63,231 nucleotides of DNA, filler included, from Basidiobolus ranarum (GCA_040143965.1; 25 parts of 25 records of this genome joined end to end with filler, not necessarily neighbours in it), one strand, 5' to 3'; shown: positions 11,679 through 24,173, numbered from the whole stretch's first letter. The notes: generated by a model not told the origin, from the letters alone. Made by a program: numbers and translations.

Positions 11679-12166
11679 ATAGTTACCTTTTAAGAGATTT
11701 TTGGTGGTGAAGAGGTCATCTCAAAAGTTGTAGATGTTTTCTACAGCAAATACGTTCTTAATGATGAGCGAATCAACCACTTCTTTGTTGGTGTCGATAT
11801 AGAGAAGCAACGCACAATGTAATCCAAATTCTTGGCTTTTGCTTTCGGTGGCCCCGCTTTTAATGGTAAGAAGATGAACATTACCCACCGTCATCTCAAG
11901 CTCACTGATGGCCACTTCGATGCTGCCCGTGATGATCTTGATAAGGCTTTACGCGATTTTGACGTATCCGAGGAAAGCATCTCTAAGGTTGTTGCAGTTA
12001 CTGAAACCACTCGTGATGATGTGACCGGTCGTAAAGAGAAAAAGCTACACCAAAGAATTCAAATGCAGAACACGTGGATCATTTGCTAGTTCATACGGAT
12101 CCTGTATACCGCTATACGTATGTTGCCAAATTCTTTGACTTTACCGAAAAAGACGTTGCTCTCTTG
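11679..12166 (+). pseudogene. Group I (2/2) truncated haemoglobin fused to the start of a protoglobin-like domain; pseudogene
   Basis: FGGEEVISKVVDVFY...DERINHFF...KQRTM*SKFLAFAFGGP...THRHLKLTDGHFDA...TRDDV shows the GG motif, TyrB10, PheCD1 and HisF8. A shifted frame then gives EHVDHLLVHTDPVYRYTYVAKFFDFTEKDVALL. Lesions: ATA in place of the start codon, TAA at 11691 and 11820, and a frameshift in the A-run near 12040. Confidence 0.8.
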
Positions 12167-12713
12167 GTAAGAGCGCAGAATCTTAGCGATTTGATTGGTC
12201 AAAGTGGATTAGGGTTAGAGCCATTCTGCTAAGAGCACATATTATGGTAAGAGCGCACTTTTCCTTAGGGTTAGGGTTAGTCCAAACTACCACATTTGCA
12301 TGCTTATTCCGTATCATGCAACTCTATGATCAGATGGGCCTATACGTGGAGCAATCTCTTTTCAAATTAACCGTATTTGTGGTCGTTATCATTACTTTGG
12401 CTGCCTACAGGTGGCATGCTTTGCAAGTGGCCTGGGTTAATGAGAATATGGCACCAATGGGTAAACGGTAATTGGCGATGGGTGCCATTATCGCCGCTGC
12501 TAACATTGCTGGCGTACCAGGATCCCAAATCTACCGCACAGATGACCAACCTCGTTTCCACAGGGGTAACTGGATTAATATTGAACTGTTAACCAGTAAA
12601 TAAATATAGCCACNNNNNNNNNNNNNNNNNNNNNNNNNNNNNNNNNNNNNNNNNNNNTTAATTAATTAANNNNNNNNNNNNNNNNNNNNNNNNNNNNNNN
12701 NNNNNNNNNNNNN

Positions 12714-13045
12714 TACACATTTGATTGGGTAAATTATAGTGTAAATTGTTTATTGTATCACATTCAATAATGGGTAAGTCACAAACTAGCAGATGAACTT
12801 GAACTGTAAGTTACCCAAAATCTTAATTTGGCAATACTAAATTGGGTAACTTGGTACAAGCTGGCACAATATTTCAAAAAAAATTACTGTGTCTAAGTGA
12901 GGTGGGATGGTACAATATTGCTCCTTATAGTGTCTGACCAAGTCTTATAGGACCTAGTCATGGTAACTGACAGATTGTACCAGATAGTGTGTCAGCAGGC
13001 TGGATTGAGCAGCACAATCTGACTTGGTCCAATGGAACAAGTCTA
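12714..13045. mobile_element. End of TIR element family E
   Basis: Colinear with 6020-6352 and has the same terminal TGGAACAAGTCTA. Confidence 0.6.
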
Positions 13046-15152
13046 GTATATTAACCTTCCAACAAAGAGCCCTTTTCAATGTGCTCATAGGTTTTCACAT
13101 TGTTTGACCAAATTCTTTATGGAAGTTTGCTAAAATCCAAGAGCTTAGTCCTCTAACAAAAAAAAAATGATTTGATATGGATCAGATCCACACTTCTGAA
13201 GTGTAAAGACATCAGAGAATCGTCACAATAGTGGTGGCTTTTATTCTGCCAGGGATTTTGATGGTGTGACAGCAGTTTCTTGATGGTATTTTGATAGTAT
13301 TCATACATGTTAAATTATTGATCCTCATATTCAGCATGTGTTATTATATCAGGCAATTTTTGCAAAAATATAATTTTTGAATGGCAAATTACTGGGTGTA
13401 CTGCTCTGGGAATTCAAATTAATATGCATGCCCTTATTTAGATAATTTGGCTTTGAATTCCAGCCTTAATCAGAATCAACAAATGCAAGAATCTTGTTGT
13501 GTTTAGTCTCTACATATGCATATACTTGACTGATCAGATATAACTCAACAACATCAATATGCTTTACCAGTAAATATTGGTGGAAAAACTGCAAAATATC
13601 TGAAATTTTGAATAGAACTTACAATTGGCAAATAGTTGACTCTTTCTACTGTTCACAATGAGCATAAGCTCATGGATTTTGCCAATTTCCATAAAGAATT
13701 CAGCCAATAAATCTCTGACTTGCAGTGAACAAATGTCCTGCCACAAGTAGATGTATCATTGCTTGAACAGATTACCCCATGGCTAAAACAATTATACTCT
13801 GTATCTTGATCTATTGCACCAAGAAGTCTGTCTTGCAGCGTTCCTAGAAATACCATCTGATTATTACACAAATAAATTAGCCAAAATTATAGAGGTACTT
13901 ACTCTGTGTCCATGGATTGGGCTTTGTTACTGTTATCGTGCTCAAACAATGCTAAAACCCATGAGCTCATTGAAAAAAGCCCTTTGTTGGAAGGTCAATA
14001 TACTCTGGAGTCTCCTTAACCCATTGCATTACATCCATCACTGATTTTGCTGATATTTAGTTAATCAGGTTAGCATATGGTAATACTGACAATTTCACAT
14101 GGAGCATCATTTCACTGCAGGTGTTCTCCATTGGGAACTTCAGAATGTATTGCAAGGGCCTAAAATCTCTAAGCATTGTGAAAGATGCAGCAGGGAATGC
14201 ATTGAATTCTGGCATAGATTTGGTCAATCTTCTTTAAATTTGTAATGAAATTTTTGATATCCAATTACAAAATTGTTGCACAGTTGCTATATCTGCCTGA
14301 GATCTACCAATGTGAGTTGATGCCATAAGAGTATATTAACTATATCAGGCAGAAATCTTTTCAAGATTCCACTTGAATATATACAAATCTAATGCTTCCA
14401 GTCTTTGCATATGAATACATGCCCAGATGAGTGGATAATGATGCAAGTCCTGGTAAAATATGATGGTGTCTCAATGTTTTCAAGCATTTTCCCAAATGAT
14501 TCAGACTTTGATCCTATCTTCAATAGCTCATTAATATTCAATTTTCCACCATAAAGCTGAGTAATTAGTATTGGAATGTGGTTGAATAGTAAGTGCAGAG
14601 TGCCTAATGGAAAGCTCTGGCTCCAGCTAATTGCATTTAGCAATATAATCTTAGGCTTATGGCTAATACCAAGTTTGATGTTAGACTGACTATTTGCTGA
14701 ATTGAAATCAGTGATCATGTTGAAATCTAACCAGGCTCTTGATGGTAAAATCATGAGGTTTAGTGTTGTATTTTGATAGTAGTAATGCAATCCAATAAAC
14801 ACCTGGTTGCTAAGATTGGATTGACTCTCCACTACTCAATAATCAAAGCTGCTTTTTTTACTGTAAGTGTTATGAGTGAACTAGTGTTTGCCAGTAACAA
14901 AGAGTCTGTAACAAAACTATTGTCTTCTTCTTCAACTTCTGATATGCTGCCATCAGTACTGGAATAACCAAGGTCAACATCTAACAGCATGTCCTCATAG
15001 TTGTCTAGACATACTGGTTTGACCAAAGTTGTATTTCTATCTATATCATTCTGGTCATATGACTGTGGTAACACCATGGTATCTTGACTTCTGGCATTGT
15101 TACCTCAACTTTGAGGCAAAGTACAGTCAGTAGACTCAGTGGGCCACACTAA
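13046..15152 (-). mobile_element. CACTA-like (Tnp2) element, degenerate with internal deletions
   Basis: FPLGTLHLLFNH and MHSLLHLSQCL motifs; homologous to 531-1940 and 36600-37968. Confidence 0.8.
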
Positions 15153-15252
15153 NNNNNNNNNNNNNNNNNNNNNNNNNNNNNNNNNNNNNNNNNNNNTTAA
15201 TTAATTAANNNNNNNNNNNNNNNNNNNNNNNNNNNNNNNNNNNNNNNNNNNN

Positions 15253-16563
15253 CTCTACAACATGCATCTCGGGGTTGATCGAAGCGTTGTCCATTGTTTG
15301 GGGGGCTACTTTAACAAGATGTATGGAGGCGCAGCCGTGGTGATCATGTCCAGTCACAATGATACTAGGCTTCAGTTGGATTAGGATGTAGGCGCTGACT
15401 TCTGATGACAACATATTCTGCTCAACTATATGACCAGAGCTAAATATTTCAGTTTAATAAATATTAGATGGTGGGTGCTGTCGTATATAAAGAACCGGAG
15501 ACCTACCCATCGGTGTCGGTCATGGGCTTGTCAACACACCACTGGACTTCTTTATGTAGAGGTACGTGTGTCAGTAAAATCAGAGGTATCGGATTCTTTT
15601 CTTGCTCGTCAATTACTGACTTGAGAAATTCCCATGTCTCTCGACGAAGATCCTATTGTTCAAGTTAGGTCAGTTTTGAGATTACGCTGTAAGTTCGTGC
15701 TAAAATAAATGCCTTGTCGCTTGATGAATCCAAGTTCATGGAATTGAGGATAACTACTCGATGATGTTCGATATCGTACTCGTCGTACAATGAAAACCAA
15801 TAGTTCACTTCGCCGAAAGATTTCTTGAATCTATCTACACGATGTTTGGTCATATCTGAACCATAACCAATGTCATGATTACCAGGCAGGTAGATTGTCG
15901 TAAATTTGTCATTTTGCTAGTGGTCATGAAAAGCCCCGAGGACGAGGAGATAGAGTTTAGACAGGTTTGGTTTTCAATTTTCATACGAATGCTTTCGGTA
16001 AACTATGCAACAGAAGATATTCTTCCTATAAGTAATTAAAGACTCACCTCGGGAAACATTTTTTGAAACCTTTCAACTCGTTTCTCAAATTCCAAATCAT
16101 TAATCCATTGACTAGAAAACAAATCCCCAAGAATAACTGAATAGGTGGGGTTTAGTCTCTCAACGGCCGTTCCGTATATAAAGCCAAGATATTTAGAATT
16201 GAACCATAAATCTATCGGGCCTTTTGTATCGAAAATAAAAAGAGTTTTAGCAAATTGCACAGGTAGGAAAGGGTTAGGGAACCACACGAAGGCACTCTGA
16301 ATGTATGTAGATATATATTTACCAGTATATGGCTCTCTAGAAATTTTCGCATCACCCTCAATCTGTGGATCCCCTACTAGAAGTAACTTGTATCCAGAGG
16401 CTATGGAGAGGAAGAATAAGTGTTTAGTTTGCGGAAAGAATGTTTTGAGACTTGCTTTACCATTTTTCCAGTGGCATTTGGGAATATTGAAGAATAAGTA
16501 TTTGTTTATAGTGAGAAGTGAGAATATAAACAAAGCTCCAATAGAATATACAGTTTTATTCAT
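15253..16563 (-). CDS. TED1: Ted1/MPPE1-type metallophosphoesterase (GPI remodelling), multi-exon, 3'-partial
   Basis: N-terminal transmembrane segment; motifs VGDPQIEGD, LGDLFSSQWI, PGNHDIGY, LLTHVPLHK and TGHDHHGC spread over short introns. Confidence 0.85.
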
Positions 16564-16895
16564 CTCCCTGTTATAGATAGAAAGAAACTTTTCTTTCTTG
16601 AAAACGCACACTCACTTGTACCCGATAATTCTTATTTTAAGGGGAGAGGGGATGTTCAATAATTATACGAATTAATATATAGTATTATGGCCAGAAAAAG
16701 TCTGAATCAGTTCATATTCGTAAATGTGATTTTTGCTTAATCAGAGGTCAGAAAGAGGTGGATTTTTAAATAAAACATAGAGGGTGATTAAGTTTAATGT
16801 AAGGGGGTGACTAGTATGGATTTCCATAACATCATGAAATATTTATTTAACTGGAGTACATCAATAAGCAACCTTATTCTACAAAGTTTCAACAT

Positions 16896-17691
16896 TTAAC
16901 CTTCCCAATGAACTATATAATTAAGGAGACACTTAGTAAGTGCATCTATTCAACGTACAAAGTGTAAACTTACCGGGAAGTTGGTCTCCAGGGACAAAGA
17001 TACGCTCTACACCCTCCTCTGTAATAACAGCCATTCTAATGACACCACCGGAAGAGCCATCTCTTGACATCGCAAGTGATACAGCTACATACAATTATTG
17101 AGTCTCAATGCATTATGCAACCAAAGCCGATATAAGAGTGTGCTTACCATTGCGGACAAATTCAACACATTCGTCTCTGCTCATATCTTTTCTGTAGACA
17201 GAATCACAATAACCATAAATATAGGTAGAACCAGAACCTAGTAGAATAATATGTAAATCATGTGCTGTTGAGGCAGGAAACAACAAAGTATAGGTACCTC
17301 CAATAGCGAAGGGCTCACGGTGCAATGAACCACCTAAGGGAATGTTGTAGACGCAACCTCCATCTTTCTTATCCCAACCACCAATAATAATACCTGCCAT
17401 CAAACCATCCTTATTAGTGTAGCACAACTCTTGGAAGAGAGAAGCAGCGACTCGGGTGGTTGGGGCTTCACCATGTTGAACGCTGGGTTCGAAAGTGAGT
17501 TTGTCAGTACAATTTGTGGTAAAGAGAATCACATGAATGATGATTGCACTTACGTATACATCTGAAGGTAGTAATGGACTATATCAGCAATAGCTTGGGT
17601 ATCAGCAGCACTGCCAGAACGGCAACACCAAATTCTATCATGGACTGGTGTCAACTTGTCTGTAACTCGATTAGCAATATAGGAACCGGTG
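16896..17691 (-). CDS. PRE3: 20S proteasome subunit beta 1, multi-exon, 5'-partial
   Basis: [40 protein letters not shown] and [13 protein letters not shown], separated by GT-AG introns. Confidence 0.95.
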
Positions 17692-18799
17692 NNNNNNNNN
17701 NNNNNNNNNNNNNNNNNNNNNNNNNNNNNNNNNNNTTAATTAATTAANNNNNNNNNNNNNNNNNNNNNNNNNNNNNNNNNNNNNNNNNNNNGGGTTGGGC
17801 TACCTGAATCCAGCTCAAAGCTCTCCAGAGTGGTGCTGGATCAATAATATCAAAAGGTACGTTTTTCTCGATATATCTTTCGTTCTCAATTTGCATTCAA
17901 GTAACGATATAATAGTGGATCTGATCACCAGACTTGTACTAAGGATTCTGACTGTCTTTTTGACAATACTTCCTGTGCCAAAAACCACTGCGCTCTCTTT
18001 TAACTCAATAAGTATACTTAACTCGATATTCACATTTAGGGCAATAAATAAATAAGCCTTCTTTCTATGAAATTCCTTCTATGAAATATAAATACAAAGA
18101 AAGATTGGGCACTAAATGTAAAGAAAGGAAACCATTGTATACGTGGAATGATTTCCATTTAGTTTTCAAAAGTAATCTGAATATCTGGGAGCAGGTCGCA
18201 GCGAAGTTCCTCATACAATTTACCAATTCAAATATCATCAACAGTAAGCAAATCATGGATAAGAGCTTAGGGTTAAATATATATAGCTTTCCTAATAGTG
18301 TTAATATCTCGTCAGCACTCTTAATATGTTATTTACGCTCTCAGAATCATACATTTAAAATATTCTCAATTACTAATCAGCATAATTAATACAACAATCG
18401 GATAAATTCAGAGCATCAATGCCTTTTCTATTCTGGATGCAGATGACCATCTATTCCGGTATAGAAACTTGCCATAAATTGTGACTACATCGATCCTAGG
18501 TATTGGTTGTTTTGGGCACAATAATTAGGGTGGAGAACTTCAAATATTATGTTTAGTTTAACATAGAAAGATACTATCACTCGCGCCTCTATGTTAAGTA
18601 TATTCGCTCAGTATTCACTAAGCGCGTTTGTCAAAAAATAGTGATAGCATAAAATGTTGGGGACAATTCGATTCTGTCTGGGCTAATCGCTCGGGTTTGG
18701 CCCAGTTTACTTTGCTTAATGCGAAGCAGCTACGGTTGTGACATCTCATTGATGTAAGAGATTAGTGTTAGTATTGACTTTAGGACTGTGGTTAACCAT

Positions 18800-19160
18800 T
18801 CTTATGATGCATACCAAATTTCAAGTGTGAATACCAGTTGATGAGTTACAATATGTATATAATGGGCACCTTCTACTCGGTGGAGAGATGTACAAGCATC
18901 CACTACGCTCCTCGCACTCTATCGGTCATATCTATTACCAAGTCTTAGGACTCCTCAAGGAAAGCCCTCCAATCGAAGACCCCCTGCTTAGCTTGCTGTT
19001 GGTTGAAATGCTAAACACTCTTTGATCAGTATAACTTCATGGGGTAAAGTGACTCTAACGCTGGACCTTTCCGTCACAACTAATCAATTTTTAATAGGCC
19101 ATCAGGTAGTGTAGCAGTAACTCTATTCTGAATAAAGGAATGCTTGATAAATCATGTACT
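18800..19160 (+). ncRNA. Candidate short Pol II non-coding unit, type 1 (copy A)
   Basis: TATATAA at 18856, leader TACAAGCATCCACTACGCTC at 18891, AATAAA at 19131; colinear with 31595-31940; no ORF shared between copies. Confidence 0.35.
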
Positions 19161-19499
19161 AATACTAAGTATGTGTTAGTATTGTGGTTATAAAAAAGGA
19201 TATTTAGGTACATTTATTCAACAAAACTGCCACTATCACTGGTATGTTTGTAATGTCTGATATTGTCACTGTGGGTCCAATGCATATACAGTTCAATAAA
19301 TATCGGCTTCTTGATAGGTAGTGAGTACATGTGATACATACACATAGACTTTACTTATCTCAATTTTATTATGCACCACTTTGATCTATCGAGGAAGCAA
19401 GAATATTCATTTGACAATGATTAAAACGAGCTTCCTCCTTTTGTCCCAAGCTCTTTGTAGGAATAGTTTCACGTGAACTTCTTTTCAGCCCAACTCAGA

Positions 19500-20005
19500 G
19501 GGAAGCATAGAATTCCCTTGTAAAACATAACGCGTTTCCACAATATACTTTGTTTTGTAGCTACCTGGTTACTAATTTGCAAACAGGCTTGTCTTAACTC
19601 ACCTAAACTCGATTAAACTAGTGCACTCCAATGTGTGTGGGCAACGCCAGTTGGATCTTGATAGTAATCTCCATATTTATATTGCGATTCAATAGTTTAT
19701 CACGTGACTATCGACCAAAAATAAATACCATATAAAAGCGCCTTCCAATGTGTAGTTCAGTATACAAACGTCCACTACACTCTAGAGCCATTGTCCGATA
19801 TTTCCGCTATTCAGTCTTCAGCTTGTTGGTATCTCGAAGAAGGTTTTCCACTGTGACATCCGACTGAAAGTTTCCACCTTGATCGTGGGAATTGTACAGG
19901 GGCAGGAATTCTATCTCAGGACCCTTAAGCATCAACCAATGGAGTATTGGTAGACCATTATTCGATATAGCCGTAATCAATACTGAATAAAGGAATGTTT
20001 GATGA
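19500..20005 (+). ncRNA. Candidate short Pol II non-coding unit, type 2 (copy B)
   Basis: TATAAAA at 19731, Inr-like TCAGT at 19757, leader TACAAACGTCCACTACACTC, CTGAATAAAAGGAAT at ~19983; colinear with 30910-31310. Confidence 0.35.
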
Positions 20006-20329
20006 AATCGGAATTATATTCATATGTTATGCATATTATACGAGCTACTGTAAAGTGCAGCGTAAAAGTAAATCAACTATACTGTTGATCTAGTGTTGTT
20101 AGCACTACTTTACTCATCCCATACTACGGATGAAATCATAATTTAAAGTATTTAAGCTGTTGTCAGATACGCCTTGTGTTCAACTCAAATATCACAATAG
20201 CATAATGTATTGCGGTATATCTGGATTACNNNNNNNNNNNNNNNNNNNNNNNNNNNNNNNNNNNNNNNNNNNNTTAATTAATTAANNNNNNNNNNNNNNN
20301 NNNNNNNNNNNNNNNNNNNNNNNNNNNNN

Positions 20330-22490
20330 TGGCTGGAATACAAAACCTAAAATATCTAAATAAAGGCATGCATATTAATTCAAATTCCTACGGCAGTAAA
20401 CACAGTTATTTGCTATTTGTAAATTAGATTTTTGCAATAGTTTCCAGAAATCAAACTATGTGTGCCAAATATGAGGATTAATACTTCAACATGTAGCAAT
20501 ACCATCAAAATACCATCCAGAAGCTGCCATAACACCATCAGCATCCCTGGCAGAATACAAGCCACTGATATTGTAACAGTTCTCCATGTTTTGGCAATCC
20601 AGAAGGGTGGATTCAATCCAGATCAAATGGATTATATGTTTGTTAGGGGGTATGTAGGCCTTAAACAAACAATATTTACCTAATTAAATTATTGTCAATT
20701 GTGTGCAAAGAGTACATAACTACAAGTAATTCACATCAGCAGTGAAAGCCAAACAACCATTTACTTCTTAAGATAGTATAATTAATGAAGGATTATAAGT
20801 CATGCAATTGACTAATGTTTTCCAATTGTACCAGGTCTGTGGCAAGCAACAGTTGCCAATCAACCATAGTAAAAGTGCAAGAAAACCAATAAACACCTGG
20901 TTGATAAGATTGGATTGAACCCTCCAATCCTTGATAAGCAAAGCAGCCTCCTTTACTGTACGTATTATGAGTGGAATAATGCTTGCCAAAAACAAAGAGT
21001 CCATCACAAAACCATTGTCTTCTTCTTCAACTTCTGATATACTACCATCAGTACTGAAGTAACTGAGGTCAACATCTAGCAGCATGTCCTCAGAGTTGTC
21101 CGGGCTTACTGGTTTTACCAAAGCTGCATTTCTACCTACATGATTATGGTAATATAACTGTGATAACTCCATGGTATTTTGACTTTTAGCAATGTTACCA
21201 TAACTTTGAGGCAAAGCACAGCCAGTGGACTCAGTGGGCAAAACTAAAGTCAATTTTGTGCACCTATTACTGTTGATATTCACCAGGCTTTGTGCTTCTG
21301 GTGGCTTTGTATAGAGACATGCTTGTGATTATTTTTCTAACAAGCCTCTAGCTTTTATAGCACAACAATTTGTGACAATAATTGCAGGGCTTCTTTAAAC
21401 ACTTTGTTGAGCCTTGAGAAGGATAGTGTAGGAAGGAACACCCTCTACATAAGGGTGATATTTTAGGTATAGCCCATCACTATCATCAGCTGATTCCAAG
21501 ATGGTGACACTGATGAGTCATCAGGGGATTTACAAGATATTTCTGTAATGGAGGGCAATTTTGGTTTATTATAAGCTGTTTCTAAGCAATTTCATTACAC
21601 CAAGTTTACCATCTGAAACTTCAATGCCATTCAAAAAGCATTCAAAATCTAAACCAAAATTGGCTTCCAAGCAAAGGCCTACTAGCACAAAAGGAAAAAA
21701 ACCAACAAGAACTGAGTACTTAATTGAAGATCTGTCTAGCAATCCACTATCCACTCTGGAAGACATTAACATGCTGGAAACTAACTGAAGTAATGATCAA
21801 GCATCAACCAATTTACCATACATGTTCCTTTCTGGCAATAGTGCAAGTGTACAGATTGTAATCCCGTGATTACATAGCAAATCATTATCAATCCCATACC
21901 ATACATATGAACATCAAGTTGACAATCAAGCAGGGCAGAATATGTTTTGCACCATTGAGCCAACATAACATGAAAGTAGAAATCTCATAGGAAAACTGGC
22001 AAACAAAAAGAATCTGAATGTCATAGCTACCATCACTTGCTTGATGATGAGTGGTTTACCATTTTAGTAACTGTTTGGAATCTTACTGGAAATCACCTTG
22101 ACTTGAGCCAATTGTGGAAAAACCAAAAACTAGGTGTTACCCTGAAAGTACTTAACTCATTTTGTGTGGCATATCCTAGGTTATTGCAAACAAATGGCAA
22201 TTGGGGTAGTATAGACCTATTCATGAAACATCTCAAAATGTAAGCAATTATAGACTTGGAAAAGAAAGAAAAGTAGCTAAAGCAGTACTGAAGGGCAGGA
22301 AGTTAGTAAACCCAAGGGAAAAGCAAAGGAGCCAGTGAGTTTAGGCTCTACTGTCCCACTTACCAAATTCTTCACACCATTACAAAGATCTGCAATTCTA
22401 AAGTCAGATATACTGGCAAAAAAGTTTAATTTCACCATGGAACCGGGTACACCATTTGGAAGAGTGCTAAATTTGGAAGTTTAATCCATA
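20330..22490. mobile_element. CACTA-like element with Tnp2 5' part on minus and a second ORF on plus
   Basis: Colinear with 53560-55445 and with the reverse complement of 35990-37200. Confidence 0.8.
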
Positions 22491-22509
22491 TTATATTAAA
22501 CTGTACGAG

Positions 22510-22743
22510 TTATTTGTCTGAAATATTAATCGTAAAAGGTTTTTTTGGATTAAATCCATCTGTGACGTTAATACCATTGGGGAATTCGATGGAAGTAATT
22601 GTAGGACTGGTTCCCTTTTTACTTGCAATAACAATGGCAATTATCATACCAATGACAGCTAGTATAGCAATTATATAAGGTAAGTATTTGACAAATTTAT
22701 TTCTTGAGTTATTATTTATTACCCCTTTTTGTACCGGCATCAA
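22510..22743 (-). CDS. Hypothetical single-TM protein fragment
   Basis: 77-aa ORF with hydrophobic YIIAILAVIGMIIAIVIA; lies at a contig edge next to a TE; family not recognised. Confidence 0.25.
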   Translation of the reverse strand: MMPVQKGVINNNSRNKFVKYLPYIIAILAVIGMIIAIVIASKKGTSPTITSIEFPNGINVTDGFNPKKPFTINISDK

Positions 22744-23221
22744 AATAGAAACAGGCTTATCATAACTNNNNNNNNNNNNNNNNNNNNNNNNNNNNNNNNN
22801 NNNNNNNNNNNTTAATTAATTAANNNNNNNNNNNNNNNNNNNNNNNNNNNNNNNNNNNNNNNNNNNNGCGACTTAAATGTGTCGTATACTGTTTCTCCAA
22901 GTACCAATAGTCACTTCGAATACAGCGTTGAAAATACATCTACCAATTAATACAAGTAGTCTCCAACTTACAGCATTAATACTTGAGCAGACATGCTCTA
23001 AAATCAGTATTACCTTTTAGATAATATCTCTTGGATGATAATTGCAGTAGTTTCAACCTTTGAAACCATATTGAAGGATCATTGAATTTTGTTCCCCTCA
23101 TCGTTACACCAACACTGTTCGCCAAGGGATCAACTAAGCGAACGAGCTAGGCTAATGTATAAATTGAGTTTAGATTCCCTTCTTTCAAAGAATAGTCTTC
23201 CTAAGTTCAATATATTTAGCG

Positions 23222-24173
23222 ATGAAGTCTTTGCATTATACCTTCTTAAGCACCCTGTTTGTATTGTTAGCACTCTCTGCACTGTTAGCAGTACAAGGGA
23301 GTCAAGTAATCGAACTAACTGATTCTAACTTCCATGAGCATATATCAGACAAAAATGTATGGGTAGTAGAGTTTTATGCCAAATGGTGTGGAAGTTGTAA
23401 ACAATTCAAGCCTATGTTGGAAAGTGTTGCAAAGGATATTGCTCTTACCAAACCAGAAGTCCGAATCGGAAACATCGATGTTGACAAGAATCCCTCTTTG
23501 GCCTTAAAATTCTTCATATCTCGGTTAGTGCGATATCATTAAGAACTTGATTGCTACCCCTCAGCTTGCTGAATTTTTCATACCATATTTTTACTTTTAA
23601 TTAGTTTACCATCTGTTTTTGTGATAAAAGAAAGCGAAAGTAAGTCTTGGAACAAATACTGATAATTTCGAAGCCAAATTCTCAACAATGAATTGTGCTT
23701 TTAGTACGAGTTTGGGAAGCCCCTTTAGAGAAATTGGAGCTACTTGATATTTTGGAGTCTGAAAAATGGCGTGGCTGGAAGATCTGGAGTGGTTTACTAT
23801 CTCCTTTCTCTTTTATGTAAGCTAAACTCTGAAACTCTATGAATTTCTTGTGAGCTCTCTAAATAATTTGACATTATGATAGTGGATCTTTCTTTGGTTT
23901 CATAGGAACTATTAACCGAACTTTCAACTATTATACCCGTGGTATTCCGTAAGCGCTAATTTCCTACAAACCTTTATTGTAGGTAAACATAATTTTTTAA
24001 TACTTTTGGTACTTGAAAACAATAGCCCATACGTTTTAGTTATTACAATATCTGCTATCGTTGCTGCCGCTTACTATTATATACATACACTTCCGGCTCC
24101 CAAAGAAGAGCCGTTAAAGCACAAGAGGCAGGCACAAACCAATCCAGTTCCCAAACACAGAAGAAAGGCCTAA
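23222..24173 (+). CDS. Thioredoxin-related transmembrane protein (TMX1-like), 5 exons
   Basis: Signal peptide, WVVEFYAKWCGSCK active site, four GT-AG introns that splice in frame, C-terminal TM and basic tail ...KHRRKA*. Confidence 0.85.

Noticed and set aside
11820-11822. TAA reassigned to Gln (in-frame TAA in the globin and the chitin deacetylase)
   Set aside because: TAA correctly ends BiP after HDEL, acylphosphatase, TMX, PRE3 and ATP1, and the globin has several other lesions.
17792-18450. Possible degraded minus-strand gene
   Set aside because: Multiple stops and no family I can recognise.
19790-19855. MSDIN-like peptide precursor (SDISAIQS in copy B, SDISTIQS in copy C)
   Set aside because: No ATG (TTG and TCA, consistent with decay of an ancestral TCG), no conserved core-flanking prolines, and the frame is broken in copies A and D.
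21508-21540. CTGATGAG as a hammerhead ribozyme core (also near 32216)
   Set aside because: No stem II followed by GAAA, and the motif is not conserved in sister TE copies.
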